Source: Thraustochytrium aureum (lineage: Eukaryota). Taken from it: a stretch of 54,733 nucleotides of DNA. The notes below the pieces were generated by a model, which worked only from the letters and a program-made list of their open reading frames with translations, was not told where the DNA came from and did not search any database. The DNA is taken from positions 53,353 to 108,085 of the forward strand of contig BLSG01000249.1 of the NCBI GenBank assembly GCA_012862495.1, in the 5' to 3' direction. Within the stretch, counting starts at the first letter, position 1. Each line of letters opens with the position of its first letter. A program made the position numbers and the translations under genes. Shown here piece by piece: positions 1 through 11,813 of the stretch.

Positions 1-98
1 AGAGCCTGCGCAGCTGGCTGCAATTCAGGGATAGGAACAGCCACCACGAAGTACAAAAATGTAGATAATGTGAGATTCTCTAGCTAGTGTTGTTCCGT

Positions 99-1179
99 TT
101 AGAGCGTGTTCGCGATGTCAATGACGAACCGGTACTTGACATCCGACTGAAGCGCGCGCTCATAGGCCGTGTTGATCTCGTCCGCCTTGATGAGCTCAAT
201 GTCGGACACGATGTTGTGGCGCCCGCAAAAGTCGAGCATCTCCTGCGTCTCGCGGATCCCGCCGATGAGCGAGCCGGCGAGCCGACGGCGCTGCATAATG
301 AGCGCCCCGGGCGCGACTTCCGCTTTGGGGAAAATGCCGACCATGATCATGGTCCCGTCGATCTTGAGCATGTTGACGTAATCCTGGGCGTTGTGCTGGA
401 CGCCGATGGTGTCGATGATGTAGTCGAGCGAGCCCTGCGGCCGCGGCCGCAGCGGCGCTGTCCTTGATGTCGACGTAGGCGTCGGCACCAAGCTTCATGG
501 ACGGCTCCCGCTTGGCGTCCCCGCGCGAGATGACCGTGACGTGGGCGCCGAACGCCTTGGCGAGCTTGACGCCCATGTGCCCCAGCCCGCCGAGACCGGC
601 GATGCCGACCTTGTGGTGCGGGCGGACGCCATAGTGGATCAGCGGGGAGTACATCGTGATGCCCGCGCAGAGCAGGGGGGCCGAGGCGGCGAGGTCGAGG
701 TTCTCGGGCACGTGCAGCACAAACTTTTCCCTCACGACGATTGACTTGGAGTAGCCGCCGTACGTGGGCTTGTTCAGGTCGCCATCGTTGCGGTCGTACT
801 TGTACACCCCGTTGTAAGTGAAGACGGCCCCGCTTGCGCAGTACTGCTCGTCGCCGCTCGCGCAGCGCTGGCAGTCGAGGCACGAGTCGACCATGCAGCC
901 GACGCCGACCTTGTCGCCTACCTTGACCTTGGACACCTTGGTGCCCACAGCGGTGACGACGCCGACGATCTCGTGGCCCGGGACCATGGGAAACATCATG
1001 CTGCCCCACTCGCCCTTGGCCTGGCTGATGTCCGAGTGGCAGATTCCTGCGTACTTGATCTCAATATCCACGTCCTCGGGGCCGACCGGGCGGCGCTCGA
1101 CCTTCATGCGCTCCAGCGGGGCGTCCACCTTGGGAGCGCCCACGGCGTCCACCATCACAGACTCGGTGCGGGCGGCCAT
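99..1179 (-). CDS. NADP-dependent Zn alcohol dehydrogenase (cinnamyl-alcohol dehydrogenase-like MDR); one frameshift near 434
   Basis: GICHSD, PGHEIVG, VGVGCMVDSC..C..C...EQYC structural Zn site, APLLCAGITMYSPL and GLGGLGHM in ORF 196..1194. The C-terminus (GSLDYIIDT...GSLIGGIRETQEMLDFC...VKYRFVIDI) is in ORF 99..491. Removing one G from a GGG run joins the two. ATG at 1179. Confidence 0.95.
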
Positions 1180-3030
1180 TTTCTTGTTCTTCAATCACGT
1201 GTGGAAGTCCTCCCCTGCGATGTTGTCTCGATCTCGCTCGCTCGCAGCTCGTGTTGCTAGCTGGCCGCACGTTTGCGTTTGGGGTCTGTCTGCTGGAAGG
1301 GCCAAGGACAATCTCTGTCGTGACAGTTTGCGAGCGATGGCTGCAGCCCAACCAGCCCAGCAACAGAAGAGCCCTCCCTCGCTGGCCGGAGACCGCGGGC
1401 TAACTGCGTTCGGCTCCGAGCCGGGCGGCGGGAGGGAGCGGGGGACCTTTTGCGGAGCATTTGCATGCGCGGTTGCATCGGTGAAACACTCCAGAAGACC
1501 CATCTCGAATTGATCACCGAAAGTCCAAGTCCAAGGTCATTTTGTGAGGTACTCGAGTAGGCACTCGTAACGGTACCCTTACCGTGACGAGCCATGTCCG
1601 AGCCTTGTCCGCTTGCACAGGCTCCCGCAGCAGCGCCTTGTCGGTTGGCCGCGCCTTGGAGCCCATGATGCACGAGTCCCAATTCCATCCGTGCCCGGTC
1701 CACAGAGGCACCGGTCCAACCAAAGGTTGTTGACCTGTCCAAGAGCTAGCTAGCTCTCTGGCGGTCCTTGAACATCTGCGGATGATCAGGACCTGGGAGG
1801 GCCAGCCAGGATCATACGCCCGCTTTCGGCCTGTCATGGTGGAGGATCCAGTGCGGATGGCGCTCGCTCGAGGAAGGCCCCGCTGGCGTCCTCGACCGTC
1901 TTTGCATGTCGGTGTAGGGAATTTCGCCCGTGTGCCGTACAACAGCGGCCTTCGCGTCGACGTTGGAGCGATTTCTGCGGCCTGCCTTCCGCAGTTCTCC
2001 GCGAGAGCGCAGGCTTGACCTGTCCAGTGTCGGCGCCGGAGAGCTGCCGTCCGTTTGCAGGCGGATTCCACAAACACTACGGTTGATTGATGCACGCTCG
2101 CAGCTGGAAGCCTGCGCTTGAAGTTGTTGCGCAACTGGAAGCCCGACTCTGGAGCAGCAGCGTCATCAGGGTCCTTGCCGACCGCAGACCACACGCGGTC
2201 CTTGTCGTCTGCCAGCATGCACTGTGCTCGTCTTGGTACAGGGCACGGCACGGCTCTGAGCCTCCAAACTCGCGCGCCGTTCCGAAACAGCCTGGGCGAA
2301 ACTGCCTTTCGCTTGCTGAGGCGCCGAGTGCACCGGTGATCGCGCCGGCCACGGAACGCGCGCCGCGGTCGCATCCGATGCCACTGCCAGCCAGACACAG
2401 GGCAAGCCAGCGTTGTGGAGATCGTCGGTAGCACCTGCGTCAACCCCTTCGTTCCCAGAAGTCCACTTGGCATAAAGTCAAACTCCCATCATGTCCAAGA
2501 TCGAAGCCCAAGTAGATTCCTGCCCACGCAGAGCAGCCGCCTCCATCCGCAGCGCCCACGGCGGCGCAGCAGAGGCAGCATTGCAGGCACCGGCGGCATG
2601 CCATCAGGGACGTCGTCGTCGTTCCGGCACCACCGAGTGCGCACAACGCTTTTCGCGGCAGAGTCGCCCGCTCCCACATTGCGCCAAAGCCGCTGCCATC
2701 CACGCTGGCGCACCTGTTAGAGACGTGAGGGAGCCCTACATTGCGCCGCGAGGGACCAATTTAAATGTGCCGGCGCCTGGCTCCGGCGCGACAGTTTGTG
2801 GCAGAGCAGACACCGAACAGGGCGCGAGCGAGGGCGGCAAGGAAGAGCTTGGCGAGCGCAAAGGTCTCGTTGCGGACGTGAAGAGCCCCCGTAGAGCATT
2901 CGCGAGCCGCTGCGAACCGAGGTCCTGTGCCGCGGGGGGATCGTGCAGGTCGGAGGCCGCTCTCGCAGGATCTCGTGGGAGGTTTGTCGGGCGACGCGTA
3001 TCTACGAGGACTTGACCCAGGACGCGCACG

Positions 3031-4190
3031 ATGCTCGCGAGCAAGACGACGCGGATCGGCGCGGCCAGGCTAGGGGCCGGCACGCTGGCGAGGCGCGCGG
3101 CTGGGACGCAGCGCGCGCTTTCCACGACCGGGGCGGATGACTGCACGCCGGCAGACCCCAAGAGCCTCGACTTCTCGAACATGGGGTTTGACTACGTGCC
3201 GACAAAGTCGATGGCCGTCTACAACTATGAGATGGCCACCGGCGAGTGGGACCAAGGCGCCCTCAGCAACACTCCCTACCTCAAGATGCACGCCCTCTCA
3301 AACGTGATCCACTACGGCCAGAGCATCTTCGAGGGCCTCAAGGCTTTTCACCTCAAGGACGGCCGCGTCACGGCGTTCAACCCCTGGAGGAACGCGGAGC
3401 GCATGCGCAATGGCGCGCAGCGCCTCGGCATGCCCATGGTCCCGGAGCAGATCTTCCTCGATGCAATTTCCCGCGTCGTCAAGGACAACCTCGACTACGT
3501 CCCGCCGTACGGGTCTGACGGTTCGTTCTACCTGCGGCCCTTCCTGACCGGCCACGGCGCCAAGCTCGGGCTCGGCGTCGCGCCGCGCTTCACGTTCGGC
3601 GTGATCGGCTCGCCTGCCGGGAACTACTACAAAAAGGCCGGTATCAAGCCCATCAACGCAAAGGTGATCGACTATGACCGCGCCGCGCCCCGGGGCGTCG
3701 GCGCTGTCAAGTGCGCCGGGAACTACGCCGCAGACGTCAAGCCCGCCAAGGAGGCCAACGAGCAGGGCTTTGAGATCGCCCTCTACCTCGACGCCCGCGA
3801 GCACAAGTACATCGAGGAGTTCTCCACGAGCAACCTGATCGCCATCAGCAAGGCGGGAAGAAATTCATCACCCCGTCCTCAGACTCGATCTTGCCCTCGA
3901 TCACCAACTTGATGCTCCAGCAGCTCGCGCGCGACCGCGGCATGACGGTCGAGACCCGCAAGGTCGCCTTCGACGAACTCCGGGACTTTAGCGAGGTCGG
4001 CGCTTGCGGGACCGCTGTCATCATCTCACCGATCGGCTCTGTCACGCGCGGGGGGGAGCGCCTCGAGATCAGCTCGAACTTTGAGATTCTCAATGGCCTT
4101 TACAAGCAGCTGCGCGCGATCCAGACCGGCGTCGCGCCGGACGTGCACAAATGGCACTACGACATCTGCTCCAAGCCCGTCTCTGGCTAG
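3031..4190 (+). CDS. ilvE: Branched-chain amino acid aminotransferase (IlvE/BCAT, PLP class IV), probable mitochondrial presequence; frameshift near 3858
   Basis: IHYGQSIFEGLKAF, NAERMRNGA, FYLRPF, YDRAAPRGVGAVKCAGNYAA, YIEEFSTSN, then ILPSITNLML...EVGACGTAVIISPI in the next frame. The first ~30 aa are Arg/Ala-rich and lack acidic residues. Confidence 0.95.
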
Positions 4191-4653
4191 CTACTNNNNN
4201 NNNNNNNNNNNNNNNNNNNNNNNNNNNNNNNNNNNNNNNNNNNNNNNNNNNNNNNNNNNNNNNNNNNNNNNNNNNNNNNNNNNNNNNNNNNNNNNNNNNN
4301 NNNNNNNNNNNNNNNNNNNNNNNNNNNNNNNNNNNNNNNNNNNNNNNNNNNNNNNNNNNNNNNNNNNNNNNNNNNNNNNNNNNNNNNNNNNNNNNNNNNN
4401 NNNNNNNNNNNNNNNNNNNNNNNNNNNNNNNNNNNNNNNNNNNNNNNNNNNNNNNNNNNNNNNNNNNNNNNNNNNNNNNNNNNNNNNNNNNNNNNNNNNN
4501 NNNNNNNNNNNNNNNNNNNNNNNNNNNNNNNNNNNNNNNNNNNNNNNNNNNNNNNNNNNNNNNNNNNNNNNNNNNNNNNNNNNNNNNNNNNNNNNNNNCA
4601 GTCTCAGGCTTCCGAAGGAGCCTAGGCATTCGGTTCCTCGCGCAGGAAACGCA

Positions 4654-6102
4654 TCAAGCTATAGGTGCGCCCTCATAGCCCGCAGACAGGCTCGTCGCCG
4701 TTGTCGCCGCGTCCTCGTCGTCACTCTCCTCCTCCTCCTCCTCCTCCTCCTCGTCCTCTGACGACGAGCTTATCAAGAGGTTGGCGTGCTCAACCTGTCG
4801 CACGAGGCTCTCCAGCTCGTCCCGAGCGCTCGCGAGGGTGCTTGGCGTACCAGGGGTGTCGTAGCACTCGTCACCGTCCGTGCTGCCGCCCTCATCATCG
4901 GTGCAAGGGTGCCCCAAATCGAGGCTTTCAAGGGCGGAAGCCAAGGCCGTGTCAGTGGCCACAACGCCAAGCGAGGCCTGCGCCCCTGCAGAGGGGACTT
5001 GCCCTTGACTACCAACTCCGCAGGCTAGCGCTGCGCAAATGTTTGACGCTGCGTCGGGGTTGGCACGGCAGAGGGCGCTTCTAAGCGCATCGTCATGAGG
5101 CAGAGTGCAGGCACGGCAGGCTGCCCAGTTGGACCGCACTGCAACAGATACCACACCCAGATCCGCCCGTAGAGGCCCCGCAAGATGAAGGGCAAAGCCG
5201 TCCTTCGCACATGCCGCGAGACAGGCCGCCCGCCAAGCCGTGGGGTCCTCACGCAATCGCGGGCCGCAACAGCGGAGCGACTGCGGGTCCTTGTCCAGCG
5301 CCTGAAGGACAAAGTCGAGGTCGCCGCGGAGACGCTCCGAGGCAAAACTAAACCCAAAGCCCTCCTCGACAGAGCGAAGCACAAACGCGCAGTCGTCGCG
5401 GAGCTGGTCCGACGCGAAAAACGCGCAACTTGGCTCCACTTGCATGAGCTGCAACACGAAATCGGGATCCGAGCGCAGAGTCGGGGCAGCCAGCCTCAGC
5501 GGCACGCCATCGTTATATCGTACCGCCTCGCGGACCACGCCGCGGTCGCCGCGCAGCCTTTCCGAAGCGAACTCCAGCGAAAACCCGTCGTACATGACTG
5601 CTGCGAGCACGACCTTGTCGTTATCGCGAAGCCGCTCCGAGGCGAACTGGATGCCCCAGCCAAAGGCGTTCACCGCGGCGAACACCACGCTGGCATCGTC
5701 GCGGAGCCGCTCGCTGGCAAACTGTAGCGCCATGCCCGTGCGGCGCACCGCGAGCAGAACAACGTCGCGGTCGTCCCAAAACGCCTCGTTTGCCTGTGCA
5801 AGCGCCCATCCGTCGACCGAGACCGCCGCCACGACCACGCGCCGGTCGTTCGGATCGACCTCCCCGAGCGCTAGCGGCTCCTCCGCGACGGCCCTCAGCT
5901 TGCGCACGAGCGAGGCGGTCTCCTCGTCCACGGCATCATCGTCGCCTTCGACCTGGCCGTCATCCCGCCCTGGGGAGTCCGTCCTGCCGACCCATCCTGC
6001 GGCGGCTGCCGCGGCGCCGGTGGCTTCTTCCCGCAGCCCCTGGCGACCTGCGAGAGCGGCTGCGGCTGTTGGTGCTGGCGGCGGCGCGGGCGCGCGGTCC
6101 AT
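4654..6102 (-). CDS. DUF4116-like helical repeat protein with acidic C-terminal tail
   Basis: About 25-aa repeats of the type 'VVLAAV..DG..LQFASERLRDD' in at least 7 copies; poly-Glu tail. Confidence 0.8.
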   Translation of the reverse strand: MDRAPAPPPAPTAAAALAGRQGLREEATGAAAAAAGWVGRTDSPGRDDGQVEGDDDAVDEETASLVRKLRAVAEEPLALGEVDPNDRRVVVAAVSVDGWALAQANEAFWDDRDVVLLAVRRTGMALQFASERLRDDASVVFAAVNAFGWGIQFASERLRDNDKVVLAAVMYDGFSLEFASERLRGDRGVVREAVRYNDGVPLRLAAPTLRSDPDFVLQLMQVEPSCAFFASDQLRDDCAFVLRSVEEGFGFSFASERLRGDLDFVLQALDKDPQSLRCCGPRLREDPTAWRAACLAACAKDGFALHLAGPLRADLGVVSVAVRSNWAACRACTLPHDDALRSALCRANPDAASNICAALACGVGSQGQVPSAGAQASLGVVATDTALASALESLDLGHPCTDDEGGSTDGDECYDTPGTPSTLASARDELESLVRQVEHANLLISSSSEDEEEEEEEEESDDEDAATTATSLSAGYEGAPIA

Positions 6103-6262
6103 TCACGCCCGCCAGGACATGCATCCCTTTCAAGTTTGAAACATCGGCGCCCAACCGATCCATCCATCCATCCATCCATCATCCCACAGGGCGCCCGCCG
6201 TCGGCAGAGCGGCCCGTCCTGCCGGTGCGCAGCGCAGTAGACAGGCAAGCGCGAGGCTGCCG

Positions 6263-7565
6263 ATGGCGTCGAAGCGCGCTCTGGCGGCCGCGCTGTGCGA
6301 CGGCGGCGCCATGGACCGCGCCGAGCTCAGGCTGCGCAAGCGGCGGCTCGCCCACGCCGAGGCCGAGCTGAAAGCCGTCCGGCGCGAGCTGCGCGAGGAG
6401 CGCGTCAGGCTGGCGCGGGCCAAGCAGACCTTTGCTGCGTCCAAGGCCGTCTTCGCGCTGCGGGACGAGGTTGATGAGCTGGAGCGACGAGCCGCCGTCC
6501 TGCCCAAGGGTNNNNNNNNNNNNNNNNNNNNNNNNNNNNNNNNNNNNNNNNNNNNNNNNNNNNNNNNNNNNNNNNNNNNNNNNNNNNNNNNNNNNNNNNN
6601 NNNNNNNNNNNNNNNNNNNNNNNNNNNNNNNNNNNNNNNNNNNNNNNNNNNNNNNNNNNNNNNNNNNNNNNNNNNNNNNNNNNNNNNNNNNNNNNNNNNN
6701 NNNNNNNNNNNNNNNNNNNNNNNNNNNNNNNNNNNNNNNNNNNNNNNNNNNNNNNNNGTCGCGTGGTTTAAGAGGGCCTGCTGGGCCTCACAAGCTTGGG
6801 CCAAGGCGCGCGCCGCGGCCGTCGCGCTCGCTGCCGTCGGCGGCCAACCGTGCGCGGGCGTGGCGCAGTTGGCGGCGGACCTTCAAGGCAGCGACGCCAC
6901 CCGCGAGGGAGGCGCGCGCTCGAGCGAGCGTCGTGGCGGCCGCCTTTCGGGAGTGGACCGCGTCCCTGGAGGCACTTGTTGAGGCTGCCGGCGCGTTGCG
7001 GCCGCTTGCCGAGGAAGAAGCAGCAAAGTTCGGCCAGCGCTCTGCCAGGGCGCCGAGCCCCAGCCTTTGCGAAGCGCTGGACGCGCTAGCGTCGGCCTGC
7101 ACGGCGTGGCAGAAAGCGGGCGGGGCGGCCGAGTCGCGCAAGGCCTGGACAGACGCTAAAATGGACGAGTTCGCTGCTGCGTTCGACTCGGCCCAGCCTG
7201 GATTCGTCGCGGCGCCACGCGGCGGCTTGAGCTCTGCGACTGCTGTAGCGGCTGCCTGTACAGAGTTTAGGCTGCTGGATGCTGTGCGCCAGGCAGGCTC
7301 CGTGGTCCAGGGACTCGTGGCATTTGCAACTGCGCACTGCGAGGTCTGGGCCCCTTGCGGGACCTTGCCCGGGCTCTCTCCGACGCGGCGAGTTTCAAGG
7401 CGGGAGAAGCGTGCCCCACATTTCTTCGGGAGCATCGGACGGCACTTGAGACGGCGGCGCGCTGGGGTGCCCGCGCGCCAACTGGCCAAGTCGATGGCGC
7501 TGGGGCTTTGCCCCCGTCGTAGAGTAGCAAACAAGCAAGTAGACACCACGCAGGTCGTAGAGTAG
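6263..7565 (+). CDS. Hypothetical coiled-coil, Ala-rich protein, interrupted by a gap and probable frameshifts; 3' end uncertain
   Basis: ATG at 6263 followed by a heptad-like helix (AEAELKAVRRELREERVRLARAKQ). Coding-like helical frames continue after the gap. No family recognised. Confidence 0.5.
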
Positions 7566-7594
7566 CAAACAAGCAAGTAGACGCCACGCAGGTC
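7516..7594 (+). repeat. Two-copy 38-bp direct repeat
   Basis: GTCGTAGAGTAGCAAACAAGCAAGTAGAC(A/G)CCACGCAG at 7516 and 7554, with one mismatch. Confidence 0.9.
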
Positions 7595-7700
7595 ACAAGC
7601 TCTTGCAGGTCCTTCACAAAGTAGCAAATTGCAATGACAAGTCAAGTCGCAGCTCTCAAGTCACAGCTCCGGCTTCCAAGTGCCGCCGGCCTTCGCTGTC

Positions 7701-8252
7701 CTATGTGCTGTCGTCCACTCCAGGTGCGTCTTGCGCCCGGCCCTCCTCCGAGGGGCCTTCGCCCTTGCCGGCATAGAGACCGGCCACCGCGACGCGCAAG
7801 GCAGCCATGAGCGGCTCGGCGATGCGCACGCTAGGCCGCGCCGTCAGAACAGCTTGCAATGCCTCTTCCAGAGAGTACCCTCGTTCCAGCGCCAGGTACG
7901 CGGCCACAAAGGCCGGCGATCTTGAAATGCCCCCCATGCAGTGCACGAGGACGCCCCCAACATCGTCGAGCATCGCAGCAATCACCTTGGAGACGTCGCG
8001 CATCATCACCGGAATCCGCGGGTCGGCACAGTTGTCCTTGACGCCGACCTTGTAAAACGCAAGATCCCCCTGACGTTGCGGCCCGCCTCCAATACTGACA
8101 ACGCCGCGCACTCGACCTGCATCAAGGAGCTCCCTGTTGCGCGCAGCACCTTGGTTGCCCAGCCAGAGTCCAGGCACGACCTGCGACATCGACTTGGTCT
8201 TCGAAAGCTTTTGCGCTGCAGCCGCCAGCGTCCGATCGCTGGATGTGGCCAT
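7701..8252 (-). CDS. Atypical dual-specificity protein phosphatase
   Basis: MSQVVPGLWLGNQGAA, catalytic VLVHCMGGISRS (HCxxGxxRS), AAYL...SLEEAL..V..ARPS. Confidence 0.92.
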   Translation of the reverse strand: MATSSDRTLAAAAQKLSKTKSMSQVVPGLWLGNQGAARNRELLDAGRVRGVVSIGGGPQRQGDLAFYKVGVKDNCADPRIPVMMRDVSKVIAAMLDDVGGVLVHCMGGISRSPAFVAAYLALERGYSLEEALQAVLTARPSVRIAEPLMAALRVAVAGLYAGKGEGPSEEGRAQDAPGVDDST

Positions 8253-8615
8253 CAGGCCCGAGACGGGGCTTTCAACGGGTCTGCACGACGCGCACGCACC
8301 TCATTGGCCTGCCGCCTGTGGCTGGGAGTGGCTTCAACCTGAACTCCCAAAACGTTGCGTTTCAGGAACGGATCGCGCACATGCAACAAGTTGTTTGCCA
8401 CATCAACTCGAGGGAGCAAGGATGCGAGCAGACGGCCCAGCGTGGGGCGAGGTCGCAGGTCTGCAGAAACCACACCCGAAACCGCCTCAGGCTACGTGCA
8501 GCCTCGGGCGGAGTCCTCTGTTTTTCGTTTATTGTTTTTTTTGGAGCGGCGCGCAAGGAAACTGAAACGGGCGCCGCTTGGGACTCGCTGCTTGGTTAGC
8601 GAACGCGTTGCCGGT

Positions 8616-11382
8616 CTACAATGGGAGTATCTGCAATCTGCCCGAGCCCGTGCCAAGGATGATGAAGCGCGAGCACGGCGAAAAGTGCACCTTGGCGATC
8701 CCGTCGTTGTGGACCTTGAGCTCTCGCAAGAGCGCCCCGCTGTGTGTCACGAATATGCGGACCGTGTGGTCGAACGAGCCGAGCGCAAAGTGCCGCCCGT
8801 CTGGGCTGAAACAGGCCGAACTTGCCCAGACACTCTTCATTTCCTTGCCAATCTCGGGCGACCGAATCGTCCGGCGCAGCGCCTGCGTAGTGAGGTCAAG
8901 CAGCGCTTGCGTCGAGTCCTTTGACACTGTGAGAAGCAGCGACCCACGCGGCTGCACAGCGAGGTCCAGCACGTAGTTGGAGTGGAGTTCGCTCCACACA
9001 TACTGTGGCCGGAGCTTTTCCTCTTCCTCCGTTTCCTTCGAGTCCGCGTCGAGGCGGCCATGGGCCGTTCGCACCGTCGAAGGGCGCCCTTCTCGCTCCG
9101 GTTGCTGCTGACGTGACGCGGCGCCACCGCTGGCATTTTGGTCGCTTCTCTGCGCTGCCGGCGCCTCCAAGGTCCACAGCACAACGCGGCCGTCGAGGCC
9201 ACCAGAACAAAACCCCGAGCCGTCGCGCAAGAAGACCACGCTTTTCACCCAGGTGTCGGCAGCGTGCCCGCGAAACACGCGGTAGCACGAGGTCGAAGAG
9301 ATGGGACCAGAGACGGATTGTGCCGTCCATCGACGCAGAACAATCAGCTTGCCTTGGGGCTCAGGTCTCCGTCCACAATCGAGTCGGTGTGGCCGGCCAG
9401 GGTCGCGCGGCACCGCGCTGATCTGGCGTCCCAGATCTTAATTGTGGTGTCGAACGACGTGCTGACGATGTACTGGTCATCTGGAGTAAACCGGCACCAG
9501 GTCACGATGGACTTGTGACCGGCGAAAAGGGCCATGCACTCGCCGGTCCGCGAGTCCCAAACGCGAATAAGTTTGTCGTCGCCAGCGGTGAGCAGAATTT
9601 CCGGGTCAATGTGGCTCTGCGACAAGCTCCGCACTGCGCCGTTGTGAGCCGGAATGGTTCGCGGCAGCACGTGGACGTCGAGCGAGGACGCGATCCTCTC
9701 GAAAACGCGCAGCTTGTTGACGATCCGCCACATTACGCTGTCCACGCCGAGCTGGGGCCCAAGCTTGCGCAGGGTTAGGTGCATCACGTTGAGGCGCATC
9801 AGCCTCGGCTCAAAGTCAAGCAGTCGCTCCACGAGCGGCAGCCCGCTTCTGACTAGGTGGCTGCAAAGTACGTGGACCTTGGCAACCAAGGCCTTTCCCA
9901 CGTCGACCTGGCCAAGAACCTCGCTTAGCGCGATCAGCAGGACGAGGACGCACATGCTGGCGAGATAAAANNNNNNNNNNNNNNNNNNNNNNNNNNNNNN
10001 NNNNNNNNNNNNNNNNNNNNNNNNNNNNNNNNNNNNNNNNNNNNNNNNNNNNNNNNNNNNNNNNNNNNNNNNNNNNNNNNNNNTGCTGGCGAGATAAAAG
10101 TCGGCAATACTTCCACGAACAGCATCGAGGCCGTACGCTTTCGCACGTAGCGCAGAACGCGGACAGAGCTGTTCCCGAGCAGGGCCTCCGTGCCGTAGCG
10201 CTTCGGTCCGTGAGCGGCTCTGCCTTGCCCCATCGCCAGCCCCTTGGACTTGCTCATGTTATTGGAGACGAGGTTGAGGAAGGCCAGGTTTGCTCCTGTT
10301 CCAGATGCGCGCCCCTGGCCCCCCTCCAAGGCTCGTGAGAGCGACTGTGCGACCCCGTCAAACACCAGATGGCGGTCATCCTGGGCCGCCCGAGCTTGTC
10401 GCCAAGCCTCGGCGTCCTTTCGAGCAGCTGCATCGTCCGCCTCGTCGCGTGTGATTGCGAGACGCGCAGACTTCGCTGCACCGCCGCCGTTGGCGCTGGG
10501 CTGCAGCGCCTGGCCCGCCTGCTTAGGCTTGCTTTGGGCCGGGCCTTCATCTTTTCGGTTCGCCGCGGCAATCGCCGCGACAGTGCCGGCCCGCATTGCT
10601 TCAACGAGCTCCGCCTCCACCTCCTGGGAGGCCTCCGCCCGCACGCAGCTCAGCATAGCAAGAGCATCCAGCTCGGCCAAATCGTTCATCGGGTCGCGCT
10701 GTTCCACAAACGTCTCGCAGTTTGCCAAGCACGGGCGGATCGCTTTGAACATGCGGTCGTACAATCCGTTCAGGTTGTCCATGAGCACGACGCAATTCAA
10801 GTGCTCGTCGTTCTTGCGGTCCTGCAACACAGCATTCAGCGTGAGCCTGGGATTGCGAACTACGCTCGCGAAGAAGCGCTCGCTGAGCCCCAGCACGTCG
10901 CTCAGGTCGTCTGCTATTGAGCGCGACGCCCAGCGTAGGCGTGACCTCTTGTTGATGCTCTGCCAGTTGTCCTTGGTGAGGACCACGCGCGAGAGGCTCG
11001 CCGCGAGAGTTTGCGGGGGCACGTCGCTTGCGGGACTGTCTGGCTCGACCTCCTCCTGGCTGTCGAGGCGCAGCAGCGCTTGTAAAGCGACGTCTCGCTT
11101 GGTGGCTTCATCGGAGCGATCTTCCTCGCCGCCCGGCGCGAAGGGGTTGTGCTGGAGGCCGTGCAGGTAGTCAAAAATACGCTGCGACGTCTTGAGGTTG
11201 GCAGCGCGCTCCGAAAGCTCGAGCCCGAGCTGCAGAGCAGCAAGATAGTCCGAGCCATCGGGCTCTGCGTTTCCAGGCCTTGTGCGCAAGCTCGCGCGGT
11301 GCTTGTCCTGCGCGGCGTTGCGCCCGCCCCGCGGCGCAGGGCCATCGCCCGCCCTCCGCTGCACCGCGTCCGAATCCACCAT
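8616..11382 (-). CDS. WD40-repeat protein with helical N-terminal region; several indels and a spurious gap
   Basis: WD repeats in ORFs 9344..9955 and 8616..9413: AHNGAVRS..LLTAGDDKLIRVWD, GHKSIVTWCRF..SFDTTIKIWD, GHTDSIVD..SMDGTIRLW, GHAADTWV..GGLDGRVVLW, LGSFDHTVRIF. Linking the upstream ORF 9934..11385 is inferred. Confidence 0.8.
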
Positions 11383-11813
11383 CACCGCGCCGGCCGTGGC
11401 ACCCGGGGCCAGCGCGGCGCCGCTCTATCCCCAGCGCCGCGTCTCCAGCGCCAGCGTCGTGCGTGAGGGAGCTGCCGCGTGCGCCAACTTGCCATCCACA
11501 ACAGCACGGCACTCGCTCCCCAGCAAGCAAAAAACGGCGCAAGTCCCGGCTGCCAGACCAGGCGCCCTCGCGGCGCCGCGCAGCCAGTCTCCGGTCTGCC
11601 GCCCTGGTCGCGTCGGCGCGCAGGCCGGGCGTCCGAGAGCGGCCTGGCGGGCATGGACACCGAGACCCGGGAGAGCCGCTAGTACCGTTACGTGCACCAC
11701 ATCGAGGGTTGGTCGCCCACCACGCTCCAGGACGCGCTCCAGGACACGCAGCAGCAGCGCCTGCTGCAGCAGCTGCAGGCACTGCGCAAGGACATCGATC
11801 GCCCGGCTCGCCG

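Noticed and set aside
1514..2473. 319-aa minus-strand ORF and overlapping ORFs between ADH and BCAT
   Set aside because: Arg/Pro/Ala-rich with no recognisable motif, as expected by chance at high GC. A degraded element cannot be excluded.
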